Source of the DNA: a virus
IMG/VR virus record: IMGVR_UViG_3300021959_000011
Span: 76,927-140,926 of that record
DNA: 64,000 bases
Direction: 5' to 3' (one strand)
Within the stretch, counting starts at the first letter, position 1; every line of letters begins with the position of its first letter. The notes under the pieces are model-generated. The model was not told the origin of the DNA and ran no database searches. It saw nothing but the letters and a program-made list of their open reading frames with translations. The translations under genes and the position numbers were made by a program. This document shows, in pieces, positions 48,935 through 59,019 of this stretch.

Positions 48935-51160
48935 TTAAAAGGTAATTTCACACGCTCCACCCTGACAAGCTACCGCACCCATCGTGTCAATATCTGTAAA
49001 GGTTTTATCTGTTAATTGATTTACAAAATCAATAGGTTGAATATTTTGTTGAATTTTTGTCCACTTATGTAATAGGAAAACATCTTTCAAACAATATTCT
49101 GCGTCTTTCATATCACCACCAAAATAATTATCTGCAAATTTATTAAATCTACGAATCCATTCTGCACGTAAGTCTGATAACTCACCTTGGAATTCTGGTG
49201 GCATTTGTGCGATAGATGTTGCTTCCCACAGGTCGGTAAATCCCTTTCTGGTGTCAACAATCAACCCTGCAGCAAACATAGAAGCACGTCCATGTTTTGC
49301 GACAATCTGTTCTTCGGTTAACACTTCAGTCATTGGAGCTTGATTGAAATCTTTATCACCAGATCCAGACAAGAATGATACCCCTGCAAAGTAGTTTTTA
49401 TTTGCAAAGAGATAACCTTCAACTTGACCCCACATATGTTCTGGTACTGTTACAGTATTTGATACATTATGTCTCAATGTTGAGTCTGCACACAAATGTT
49501 CATTTGTGCCGGCCTCTACCCAATTTTGTTGTACTAGTTGTACTTTTTCAAGTAAATCCACACCAAATAAATCTTCTTTATATAAAGAACCTTTTGGTGA
49601 AATTACAGGAAATGCAATACAATAATCGGTACGATTGGTTGACCATACAGACTCTTCTACCATGTATGGGTTAGTTTCGGCAATCAAGTTTGCAACTTCT
49701 GCCTCTTTATTCATCTGTACGTGTCTAAGGTATCTTGGAGAATGTTCGGCATGAATACCAGAAGCAGTTTCTAAGAGTACGGAAGCATTACCAGATGGTT
49801 TTACACAAGTTGTACGAGCTGCAGCATTAATATTAAGTAACTCTGCAACTTCCTTATTTACTTGTTTTACAATATTCGCACCTTCGATTTGAATTTCTGA
49901 ATCTAATAGGATATCTGGATTGTTCATCCAACCAGTTACAGAAACACCCAATAAGGCTTCTCTCTGAAAAATTTTCGTTGAAGATTCAGACAAATATTTA
50001 AAGTTTGTATATCCTGCCTGTAATGTACCCATAATAGCACCGGCACGACATGCCTTAAAGAACTCTTCTTTAGTTGTGCATTTTGCACCATTAATTTCTG
50101 TTAGATTACATCCCTGCCAACCAGACTCGCCGTCAATCTGTGGATACATACCAATCTCAACACATGGGTTTGTAGTATGTTCTTTAGATTCCACAAAGTA
50201 AAATCCTGGCTCTCCAAACTCCTTAATAGATTTCATTGCGTTAGAAAATTCTTCTTTTGTAATTTCATCTCGTACAATTACAGCAGAGTTATTTGATCTA
50301 CCACGTTGCGGATTGTCTATAAACCAATTACCTGTTTTTGCAGTCAACATTTCCTCATCGTCTGGTGAGAATAAACATATCGTAGCACTACGTCTAACAC
50401 CCCCAGCAAGGACAGCATCAGCAGCGTGCATACAAATGTCATACACATGAATAGGACTTAGCCTAGTAACGCCAGAGAGTACTAGTCCTTGCAACATATG
50501 TTCAATTTTGTCCAAGGATTTGCGTAGTGGTTCTGGTCCAGGCGCCTTAAACCCTCCACTAATTTCTGCACCTTTTGGTCTTACTTGAGACAGATCGAAA
50601 TATACTTTACGACCTTCAAAATCTGGATGCGTACCACCACCCACGAAATATGATGACATGAGAACACCAAGTGAATCTGCCCATCCTTCGATTGAATCTT
50701 CTACGTTCCAACCTTTTGCCTGTTTTTTTCTTTCTGCAATATTCGGTAATCTATCTACATGATGTTTTTGTACTGAAAATCCAGCACCAGCACCACACAA
50801 AAGAACATAAAAAAGTTCATTAAAGAATGCAGGTCTATCTGCATACGAAGATGTACAATTATACATTCTCATCTGATGTTTCAGTAATTGATCTCCACCA
50901 AATTGTAAAGCTCGTTGGGCACCCAATGCATATTTCAATTTATAAAGATTTTCAGCTTCATCAATCAATAATCCTAATTCTGGATTCATGATTTCTTTAT
51001 AATATCCTCTATGCATATCCATTACTCTCGCAACAGATTCTTCCCAAGTTTCGTATCTATCTTTATCATCATTCCATCGGGAATATGATTCGTAAAATTT
51101 CGCCTGTGCCATCACAGAGCGAACATCAGTTTCCTTGCTAGTATTAACTACTTTCAACAT
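48935..51160 (-). CDS. nrdJ: Class II (B12-dependent) ribonucleotide reductase
   Basis: YNC, TNPCVEI, CNLTEIN, TCVKPSGNAS, C-terminal CQGGAC; no small subunit nearby. Confidence 0.85.
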   Translation of the reverse strand: MLKVVNTSKETDVRSVMAQAKFYESYSRWNDDKDRYETWEESVARVMDMHRGYYKEIMNPELGLLIDEAENLYKLKYALGAQRALQFGGDQLLKHQMRMYNCTSSYADRPAFFNELFYVLLCGAGAGFSVQKHHVDRLPNIAERKKQAKGWNVEDSIEGWADSLGVLMSSYFVGGGTHPDFEGRKVYFDLSQVRPKGAEISGGFKAPGPEPLRKSLDKIEHMLQGLVLSGVTRLSPIHVYDICMHAADAVLAGGVRRSATICLFSPDDEEMLTAKTGNWFIDNPQRGRSNNSAVIVRDEITKEEFSNAMKSIKEFGEPGFYFVESKEHTTNPCVEIGMYPQIDGESGWQGCNLTEINGAKCTTKEEFFKACRAGAIMGTLQAGYTNFKYLSESSTKIFQREALLGVSVTGWMNNPDILLDSEIQIEGANIVKQVNKEVAELLNINAAARTTCVKPSGNASVLLETASGIHAEHSPRYLRHVQMNKEAEVANLIAETNPYMVEESVWSTNRTDYCIAFPVISPKGSLYKEDLFGVDLLEKVQLVQQNWVEAGTNEHLCADSTLRHNVSNTVTVPEHMWGQVEGYLFANKNYFAGVSFLSGSGDKDFNQAPMTEVLTEEQIVAKHGRASMFAAGLIVDTRKGFTDLWEATSIAQMPPEFQGELSDLRAEWIRRFNKFADNYFGGDMKDAEYCLKDVFLLHKWTKIQQNIQPIDFVNQLTDKTFTDIDTMGAVACQGGACEITF

Positions 51161-51207
51161 CCGTTTACCCTTTTGTTATATTGTTGTATTTGTTTATTTG
51201 AGTGATA

Positions 51208-52215
51208 TCAACATCTTTTCCAACTGTTGACTCTCAATTTTGCTTGTAGACCATAAGTGGTATTTTTACTTATAATCTGTTTCAGTTCAGAAGTGTCGAT
51301 TCCAGACAGTATAATGTCATTCAAATCTTTTTCTTTTATTTTTTCTGGCCATACCATGACCTTAAATCCAGCATCAATTAATTTTACATACTTATCCACA
51401 ATTTGTTTGTTTCTTGGTTCATTATCAAGAATGAACACAACATCTTTCCACTCTGAAAAGTATTGCAAATCAACATCTGCCCCTGCCATTGCAATAGAGT
51501 TTTCTAAGAACAGTGAGTCCAAAGGGCCTTCTACCACATATACAGTTTTTGTTGGGTCTAATCTTTCTAGACCGTAAATCTTTGTTTTTTCTTCATCTAT
51601 TTTAATGGTGATATATCTCATACCACTTTGTTTAAGGGCTCTACCCTGTAATGCGAAAACATTACATTCTGTGTCAAAGAATGGTATTACAAGTCTTTCT
51701 TCTTCAATTAGATTATCATATCCATTAGTTAACTCTGATACCATAGATTTAAATTCTTTAGTATAATACAGTAAGTCGAGTTTGGGTATCTTTCTTTCTA
51801 TACAATAAATTTTTGCTGGATGGTTATCTGGTAAGTCTACAACTTTAGTACCTAGACTAAAATCACAAACTTTTGATTTGGTGAAAGTTGGTGCATCAAA
51901 TTTAAACTCTGGAGTAGCAATATTCTTTCTACTGCCGGTTTGTCCAGATTTCCACTTTTCTAGAACATATTCTTTATGCAACTCAGGATCAATCTGTTTC
52001 ATGAAAGCAGACAAAGACATACTTGCACCACAGTTATGACACATGTAGTTAAAATTACTTTTACGAATGTATATGAATCCCCTCGCTTTGTATGACTTTT
52101 TCTTTGAGTCTCCACACAAAGGACATTTACAGTTAAATAGATTTGATCTTTTTTCAGTAAATCTTTCTAACTTTGCGCCGAGTCGGGATATATAGATTTT
52201 ATCTATGTGTTGCAT
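51208..52215 (-). CDS. DNA primase (T4 gp61-like)
   Basis: CPLCGDS...CHNC zinc finger; VEGPLDSLF, DNEPRN, KDLND TOPRIM. Confidence 0.95.
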   Translation of the reverse strand: MQHIDKIYISRLGAKLERFTEKRSNLFNCKCPLCGDSKKKSYKARGFIYIRKSNFNYMCHNCGASMSLSAFMKQIDPELHKEYVLEKWKSGQTGSRKNIATPEFKFDAPTFTKSKVCDFSLGTKVVDLPDNHPAKIYCIERKIPKLDLLYYTKEFKSMVSELTNGYDNLIEEERLVIPFFDTECNVFALQGRALKQSGMRYITIKIDEEKTKIYGLERLDPTKTVYVVEGPLDSLFLENSIAMAGADVDLQYFSEWKDVVFILDNEPRNKQIVDKYVKLIDAGFKVMVWPEKIKEKDLNDIILSGIDTSELKQIISKNTTYGLQAKLRVNSWKRC

Positions 52216-52279
52216 TTATACCTCATGATTTAAGTACTACTATAACCTAAAAGGTATACAATGTCAATAGATTATTAAA

Positions 52280-52585
52280 TTAGTTTGGTGGTAAATCTCT
52301 TAAAGATTCGCGCAATTCTTCTCTAGTGACAAAATTGCCCATTTCCTTGCTCATATCACCAATCTCTCTTTCTAGATCATTGATACGAATGGATTGTCTA
52401 TTTAATGTATCTCTTAGTGATACACTTTCTGATAGTACTTGAGCCAATCCTACCTTTACGTCAACTAAACCAGTGCCAACCCAAGATAAAAATCCAACTA
52501 TAAGAACCATCGCAACGGTTTGAATACGTGTTTCCAATGCGTGAGCCTTTTCTTTATTATCTGTTACAATATCTGTTTTGTCCAT
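52280..52585 (-). CDS. TM plus coiled-coil protein next to spanins
   Basis: ORF track; context. Confidence 0.55.
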   Translation of the reverse strand: MDKTDIVTDNKEKAHALETRIQTVAMVLIVGFLSWVGTGLVDVKVGLAQVLSESVSLRDTLNRQSIRINDLEREIGDMSKEMGNFVTREELRESLRDLPPN

Positions 52586-52587
52586 AT

Positions 52588-52944
52588 CTACTTATCTTTA
52601 TTTTCGTAGTAATTTTTATATTCTAATATTATAACTTTTTGCTCACTCATGTAACGTTTCATTTCTGTCACATTGAGAGTCAGTGCCTCATAAGAATCGG
52701 TATCAAATGCAAATAGTGCCAAACTCTTACCATCAACTTTCAATTCTTGTATTACATCATCAAAATTTTCTTCAGTTACTACAATTACTTCAAAGTCTTT
52801 CCATTCAAACGATTTAGGCATCTGTAAGTTGAGTGGAATTTTTTCCACGTAAACCTCTTCAGTCACAACCTTTTCTTGAATACTACTACATGCAGTCAAT
52901 CCAAGAAATACTAATACTATTAGAAGATATTTAGTCATTTTCAA
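52588..52944 (-). CDS. Outer spanin (Rz1-like lipoprotein)
   Basis: Lipobox LTAC; overlaps i-spanin. Confidence 0.75.
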   Translation of the reverse strand: MKMTKYLLIVLVFLGLTACSSIQEKVVTEEVYVEKIPLNLQMPKSFEWKDFEVIVVTEENFDDVIQELKVDGKSLALFAFDTDSYEALTLNVTEMKRYMSEQKVIILEYKNYYENKDK

Positions 52945-53317
52945 TTCTCATAATTTCAATTACATCATTTTTCAAAGTTTTCTCTATATCTTTATTTATA
53001 ATTTTTTCAATCAACCCTGGCTTGTTCTCTGCAAGGTATCCCAAATCATGTTCGCTTAACTTATCACGCAATACGTCAACCGAATTTGATAGTTTTTCTC
53101 TTTCTTCACTTAATCTCACATTGACAGATAAAACTTCTTCAACGTTTTGATTGAGTCTTTCTATTTCTGCATTTTTACTATCTACAGCACTATTTAATTT
53201 TACCTGATTTTCCTCTAATAACTTAATTTCTTCTTTCAAGTTATCAGTATACCACAAACCACCGCCCAATGCAAGGAGCGGGAGTACCACTGCTAAAATT
53301 TTAATTGTAGAAAACAT
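52931..53317 (-). CDS. Inner spanin (Rz-like)
   Basis: N-terminal TM, coiled coil, KPGLIEKIIN. Confidence 0.75.
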   Translation of the reverse strand: MFSTIKILAVVLPLLALGGGLWYTDNLKEEIKLLEENQVKLNSAVDSKNAEIERLNQNVEEVLSVNVRLSEEREKLSNSVDVLRDKLSEHDLGYLAENKPGLIEKIINKDIEKTLKNDVIEIMRIEND

Positions 53318-53319
53318 AT

Positions 53320-54216
53320 TTAAATCTCGTTGTGTCTATGTAAAATCATCATTGTACCAGAAGATTGATCCATTAGGACTACTTTTTCTTTTGGTCTCTT
53401 TTTTATGTATTCTCTGATAGGAGTTGCCTCCTGAGTTTCCATATATTTTTTCCATCGGGCATACTTTTTCTTACCCTTCATCAATCCAACATATGTCTGA
53501 GTTTTAATAGGAAATACTTTCATCCCTGCAAACTTAGATGGTACACCTGTTAAACCGGCAACATTTGCACCTGTGCCAACTGCGTTGACAATTTCTTCTG
53601 ACATTTCTTCTTCTACACATTCCTTTGCAAGTTGTGGATGTGCAGATTTAAACATTCTTTCAAGTTCTCTACTATTTACACCTGAGTAGGTTTTTGCAAC
53701 CATTGCAGAATAGTAACCCACCGAATGTTTCAGTCCACGTTTTCCTGCCTCTTTCATTTTTCTATCTACAACACTTTTAAGTGCATTGACTGCGTGTTGA
53801 TAAGTTTTTTTAGGAACTGCAACACCTTCTACCAATTCTACAGATTCAAAGTAAGAGTCACTTAAAGTACTTTCCTGCAAATTAATATAATCCATCAACA
53901 TAGATTCCATCAACTCATACTCATCGTCAGAAAAATCATCTCTACTCTCTTTCAATAATGCAAAGGCTGCACTATATGATGCAATTCGAGACTTTCCAAA
54001 TGGAAATTTTTCTAAAACTCTCTTTAGATTGAATACCAATCTATGAAAAATTGTATAAGCTTGTTTTTCTTTTGCAGTTTCTAATTCTGCAGTCTTTTTT
54101 AACTGTTTACCATTTTTATCAATAATGCCCAGTTTATATGCTTCCATCTGATCCCACTTGTTAGTGAGGGTTTTTAAAAACTGATATGCAATAAATGCAT
54201 TGAATACTGATGCCAT
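53320..54216 (-). CDS. Conserved T4-like hypothetical protein
   Basis: AYKLGIIDKNG...YTIFHRLVFNLKR. Confidence 0.75.
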   Translation of the reverse strand: MASVFNAFIAYQFLKTLTNKWDQMEAYKLGIIDKNGKQLKKTAELETAKEKQAYTIFHRLVFNLKRVLEKFPFGKSRIASYSAAFALLKESRDDFSDDEYELMESMLMDYINLQESTLSDSYFESVELVEGVAVPKKTYQHAVNALKSVVDRKMKEAGKRGLKHSVGYYSAMVAKTYSGVNSRELERMFKSAHPQLAKECVEEEMSEEIVNAVGTGANVAGLTGVPSKFAGMKVFPIKTQTYVGLMKGKKKYARWKKYMETQEATPIREYIKKRPKEKVVLMDQSSGTMMILHRHNEI

Positions 54217-54236
54217 AACTTAATCCTCTTTATTAA

Positions 54237-55679
54237 TTAAAATACAAAACCATCTGCGATTGTATTTTGAGTTACCATAGTAAGTTTGAAAACGCCAACG
54301 CCTCTGAGGTTTAAATACAATGTATTTCCGTCATCCGATGCGTGTATACCTCTGATCTCTGGATTATTAATATTGTTTGCTGTATAATTATTAACATTAT
54401 TATTTAAATTTTGTGTGTCAAATGTTGCGCTTGGGGTTGCATTCATGCCCGATAATGAATATGCAGAAACTGCGGAATATTCGCGGATATATCTATTTTC
54501 CCCACACCAAAATTTCATTCCATTAGAACTCCATCCCATCCCATAAGCATAAGTAATATTATTAGGATTAAATGAATTGGTACGGTTCTGGACATAATAC
54601 AAATCAAAAGGCGATCCACCGACAAGATTTACAGGATGTTCATGTATTTGATTGGTATTTGTTTCACTAATATAAAGTCTATCTCCTGTATGACTCCAAG
54701 TGGCGCCGAAAATAAGTCCACTATTATTAAATGCCTGTCCACTATATGTGGAACCGTTTTGATAAAGATAACCAGTAGTTAAATCGTTTGGAGTCGATAA
54801 ACTAACTTGATAAACAGTACCATAACTACAGTAATAATATCGATCCCCAGCTCGGTTCATATAAAATCCAGAAGGTGTGGCGTTGGATATACCTGCCCTC
54901 TGAGTATAGGTACTAGGTATTGATGCTAGTTCTTTTGGTGTTCCCAATTCCCATTTATAAACTCTTTGGTCTCCACTATATCCCAAAACATAGAGGTTTT
55001 CATCATTAGAATTTGCACCAACACCAGAAAAAGTTCCAGTAGACATACCATAATCTCTAGGGTCGATAAAATAATTATCTTCTGAAAACGAAAGTACAAA
55101 AGATGATACTGCACTTATTGTGTTTACACCATCAGTTGCCGAAAATGTGATAGAAAATTCTCCAGCATCCGCCTCTGTAGTACTTGGTGTAATAGTAAAT
55201 ACATTATTTGTTTGAGATACAGTTGCTGTTGTTCCAAGAGTACCAGTTGTGACTGCATAACTCCATGTTAAAGGAAATCCTTCTGGGTCTGTTGATATTG
55301 CTGTAATGACAGTTGCAGTTCCGTCTTTTGCAAGATTATAATTAACATCAACACCAGAGATCGCACTTGGTGGATTATTTACGCCAGTTGCAATTAGAAA
55401 CCAACCACCATTATACAGATAGAAATCGTTAGTTGTTGTGACATATGCCTGATCTCCATTAGACATTCCAGTAGCGGCTATTAGTGCTGCCATATCTGCA
55501 TAGACAGTAGCACCACCAGAACCTAATAGTCCAGTACTGTCTGCAAGTTCAGAAATATCGTTACTTACTGTGCCTGTCAAAACTCTCCAAACACCTGTAA
55601 CTGCGGAGTATCTAAAAGTACGTCCTGTGATTGAAACTTCTTGTCCATCTGTAGGACTGCTTGGAAAATCTATTGCCAT
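54237..55679 (-). CDS. Virion fibre-associated protein (MAIDFPSSP anchor, Ig-like domain, propeller-like tip)
   Basis: Shares DPEGFP..WS and NNVFTITPST module with 59020-61494. Confidence 0.8.
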   Translation of the reverse strand: MAIDFPSSPTDGQEVSITGRTFRYSAVTGVWRVLTGTVSNDISELADSTGLLGSGGATVYADMAALIAATGMSNGDQAYVTTTNDFYLYNGGWFLIATGVNNPPSAISGVDVNYNLAKDGTATVITAISTDPEGFPLTWSYAVTTGTLGTTATVSQTNNVFTITPSTTEADAGEFSITFSATDGVNTISAVSSFVLSFSEDNYFIDPRDYGMSTGTFSGVGANSNDENLYVLGYSGDQRVYKWELGTPKELASIPSTYTQRAGISNATPSGFYMNRAGDRYYYCSYGTVYQVSLSTPNDLTTGYLYQNGSTYSGQAFNNSGLIFGATWSHTGDRLYISETNTNQIHEHPVNLVGGSPFDLYYVQNRTNSFNPNNITYAYGMGWSSNGMKFWCGENRYIREYSAVSAYSLSGMNATPSATFDTQNLNNNVNNYTANNINNPEIRGIHASDDGNTLYLNLRGVGVFKLTMVTQNTIADGFVF

Positions 55680-55691
55680 TTTTTATTCCTC

Positions 55692-55883
55692 TTAACTATC
55701 TGTCCATGTTTGTGGGTCAGTATTCGATACAACACCCTCACTGGGTTTAAATCCAATATTAATCGCACTTAAAGATCTTAATGAGAGTTTAAATGCAGAT
55801 GTACTTCCAATCTCTGTTCCAGATTTGGAAACATTTGCAATCTTAAAAACTCCTGCGGCTGCTATTTCGGTTGCAGTAGACAT
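55692..55883 (-). CDS. 63-aa protein ending PQTWTDS (cassette C gene 4)
   Basis: ORF track; coupled to the upstream gene. Confidence 0.65.
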   Translation of the reverse strand: MSTATEIAAAGVFKIANVSKSGTEIGSTSAFKLSLRSLSAINIGFKPSEGVVSNTDPQTWTDS

Positions 55884-57022
55884 CAGAACGGTACGTTATC
55901 TTCTGGGAAAGCATAACATGCATTGTAATCATTTCCAGCATCGAGTCTATTGTTTTTTCCGCATTTATGAGTTCTAAAAATTCTGTAATTTGTTGAATTT
56001 TCTGTTAATACATCTCCACTAAATCCAATATCGTCTGTGGTTCGATACCAATTCATCAATCTACCATATCTTGGATCTCCATTATCATCTTCATCATCAA
56101 AGTGTCCTTTATATTGCATCGGCACCAATGGATATCCAAATTGACCGCCATCTATAGGATGTTTATACATTCTCGATCTACCAAGCGGCCACATTGTAGG
56201 ATAATTGGTATATTGTGCATCTTGGTCGCCATAATGATAATTTGAATTTGAACCATGCTCAGTGTTTCTATATGTTCCGTCCATACTCAAGTATTGTGAA
56301 TTATGAATTCCATAATAAAATCCATATGTACCTGTCTGCGCAGCAACTCCATCAGCCTTATGCATTTGATCATATACAATAGTATAAAATTGAATACTAG
56401 GACAATATCTAGAATTTCCAGAATATGCATGATTATCGATAGAAGGCATATATTCTAAATCGCACTCTACAAAAGTTGCATAATCTTTTTGAGAATCAGT
56501 ACCATTTGTAATTAATTGAAACGCAAAAGTTGTATCATTCATAATAATGTGCATTTCATCCCACTTACTTGGCATTTGCTGGTCATAAGGAGGAATCTGT
56601 GTCCTTCTATATGATGTGCTGGTTTCAGAAGTCCAAAAATGATTATCATTTGAGTGTGGGTGTCCATTGCCACTAGAAGAATCATATACTGTAAATCTCC
56701 AACTGTAATCTCTATTGACAATCAATTTAATTTTTCTTGAAGGCGTGTATCCAGCAGTTTGACCTTTTGCATAATGATGTTTTGTCATGCTGAAATTGCC
56801 GGAACCATTATAACTAGTCGTACCGCCAGATAGGCCACCAATAGAATAAATTCCTGTACTTGGCATAGAACCTGTAATAAAAGACTGGCCAGGATTGTGT
56901 CCATTCGAATCTAAACTATTAGCATCAGTAATGGTTCCCGACAGAACACTTCTGATGTTATTTATTGCCGCGAGAGTACCAGTGCCACTGCTATTTCCAC
57001 TTGAGACTAATTTTGCGTACAT
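55883..57022 (-). CDS. Virion protein (cassette C gene 3)
   Basis: Start MYAKLVS; homolog of 32201-33328. Confidence 0.8.
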   Translation of the reverse strand: MYAKLVSSGNSSGTGTLAAINNIRSVLSGTITDANSLDSNGHNPGQSFITGSMPSTGIYSIGGLSGGTTSYNGSGNFSMTKHHYAKGQTAGYTPSRKIKLIVNRDYSWRFTVYDSSSGNGHPHSNDNHFWTSETSTSYRRTQIPPYDQQMPSKWDEMHIIMNDTTFAFQLITNGTDSQKDYATFVECDLEYMPSIDNHAYSGNSRYCPSIQFYTIVYDQMHKADGVAAQTGTYGFYYGIHNSQYLSMDGTYRNTEHGSNSNYHYGDQDAQYTNYPTMWPLGRSRMYKHPIDGGQFGYPLVPMQYKGHFDDEDDNGDPRYGRLMNWYRTTDDIGFSGDVLTENSTNYRIFRTHKCGKNNRLDAGNDYNACYAFPEDNVPF

Positions 57023-57026
57023 TTCT

Positions 57027-57296
57027 TTATTCTCCTGTAAATTCTGTCCAGACACTATCAGCATCTATTAATGAATGTGATCCTAAGATTACAATCTCTT
57101 GTTGTCCGTTATGTAATCCACCGAACAACTGAGTATCAGTGTCATCTTCACCAAAAAGATATTCTCTTGATATTTGATCGTTGGTTGCAGTTGCAGAACG
57201 ATACACTGTTAGTGTTTCCATATTACCATCTTCATCTACTGGTAATTGATATTTAGATTTTAAATCTGCAACTATTGTTTCGTCTGTAATAGGCAT
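57027..57296 (-). CDS. Small acidic protein (cassette C gene 2)
   Basis: Homolog of 31906-32196. Confidence 0.8.
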   Translation of the reverse strand: MPITDETIVADLKSKYQLPVDEDGNMETLTVYRSATATNDQISREYLFGEDDTDTQLFGGLHNGQQEIVILGSHSLIDADSVWTEFTGE

Positions 57297-57305
57297 TTTA
57301 TTCCC

Positions 57306-59012
57306 CTATGAATATGTAAATGTAACTCTTAAATTTTCTCCGGCCGTACCACTACCGACTTGTGTGATATCCAATGTCATATAATCATCTGCATTCAACG
57401 AAAAACTTGGATTTGTATCTTCTTGTTTTGTTGAACCAGCAGCAATGGACATTGTTTTAGTAGTAGTCGCTCCACCAGAAACTTTGTTTATTGTTATATT
57501 TATACTACTTCCAGCTGCAACTGTATCAACCCTTGCAATTATTTTATTTACCACAATATTTCTTGGGGCATACCATCTTTTAGTTCCTGTTGTTACTAAA
57601 AGTTCGCCTTCCTGTACAAGACTAACGACACCCAATCCAACACCACCACCAGTTAATAATCCAGAACCATCAGAGAGTTCGTTTATATCTGTGGGTACTG
57701 TTGGTTTGTTTGTCAAATCATTAAAATCATTAGAAGTGGCCACGGTAGACAATGTTGGTAAATTTGTTAAATTATTATAATTTACACTAGTAACACTCGT
57801 TTGGGCAATTTGTCCTATTTTTGTTTCAACTTCTGCATGAGAATTAAGATAGTCATTCATATGAGTTGGTACAAATTTTGTTCCATCATACATTAAACAT
57901 GCAGTAGTTGGTATTACTGGCTTGTCTTTGATCAAAAACGATGTCTTATGTCCAAATTGTGTGTGTTGAAAGTAAATCCTAATAGAATTGTCTGCGTCAC
58001 CCAACACATCAACTTCTAAATCTTTTACATGAATTGTACCTTTCATTCCGCTATGATTTGCACACTGATAATATAGTGTATCAGGAGCATCATTGGGAAC
58101 TGTAAACGTGAGAGTGCCGACTTCTGTTCTAGACCCAGAGACACCGTTTGTATATTCTCCAACATAACCACCTTGTGTCCAGTTTGTGCCATCATCTGTT
58201 GTTAAATAAAATGGATGTCCTGTAACATTTAAATTAAACGTATAAGTTCCGCCACGATAAACTGCTTCAATATCTGTACCATGGACAATATCTATATCAT
58301 ATGCACCAGAATTTGTAGAAACATTCATAGAAATAGATGGCGCAACTAAGGTGATATCAGATGCTGAAAAATCGGATGGAATAGTCCATACATGTTTCTG
58401 CACCTGTGTGTTTCCGCCAGCCACCGAATTAAAACGATCTTCTGTAGTGCTTGTTACGCCTGGAATTATATTATCTGTACCCGCTCCTAAAACTGATTTT
58501 AAATAACCGGCATGTGTCTGTGTCATATCTCCATATTGTGTATATGCAAAGTTTACAAAGGTATATGTTCCTTCTCTATAGAGTGGTACTTCCGTTTCTG
58601 AACTTGAATTTGTAACTGAACCTCTACCATATAACAAAGTTTCTCCCCAAGTCCAAAACCAATTCATTCCATGGCCACCTTCGTTTGCATTCACAACCAA
58701 TTCCATATTTTCTGGAATTAGTGATACATCTAAATCTGGTGAAGCAATAGATGCAGAACTTGTAAGTTGACCATCTGTAATTGATAAATTTTCATCTCCA
58801 AGATAAATTGTACCAGATGATAGATAGATATCTCTAAATTTCTTATCTGCAGAACCTAAATCGTATGTTAATGTTGTATCTGGTAATACATGACCAGTAA
58901 TAGGACCATTAATAGGCGCAACAGTGATTTCCCACGTACCTGTCGTAGCATTATACGCATATCCTTCGTGAGTATCCCCATCACTTGGACTATCTGGAAA
59001 ATTAATTGCCAT
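57306..59012 (-). CDS. Fibre protein with cupredoxin-like domain (cassette C gene 1)
   Basis: MAINFPDSP anchor; GHPFY...YYQCANHSGM; KRWYAP...DDYMTLDI. Confidence 0.85.
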   Translation of the reverse strand: MAINFPDSPSDGDTHEGYAYNATTGTWEITVAPINGPITGHVLPDTTLTYDLGSADKKFRDIYLSSGTIYLGDENLSITDGQLTSSASIASPDLDVSLIPENMELVVNANEGGHGMNWFWTWGETLLYGRGSVTNSSSETEVPLYREGTYTFVNFAYTQYGDMTQTHAGYLKSVLGAGTDNIIPGVTSTTEDRFNSVAGGNTQVQKHVWTIPSDFSASDITLVAPSISMNVSTNSGAYDIDIVHGTDIEAVYRGGTYTFNLNVTGHPFYLTTDDGTNWTQGGYVGEYTNGVSGSRTEVGTLTFTVPNDAPDTLYYQCANHSGMKGTIHVKDLEVDVLGDADNSIRIYFQHTQFGHKTSFLIKDKPVIPTTACLMYDGTKFVPTHMNDYLNSHAEVETKIGQIAQTSVTSVNYNNLTNLPTLSTVATSNDFNDLTNKPTVPTDINELSDGSGLLTGGGVGLGVVSLVQEGELLVTTGTKRWYAPRNIVVNKIIARVDTVAAGSSINITINKVSGGATTTKTMSIAAGSTKQEDTNPSFSLNADDYMTLDITQVGSGTAGENLRVTFTYS

Positions 59013-59019
59013 CTTTATA

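Noticed and set aside
43808-52215. Introns, inteins or stop-codon recoding in thyA, nrdJ and primase
   Set aside because: All are continuous, of normal length in the standard code, and no suppressor tRNA is present.
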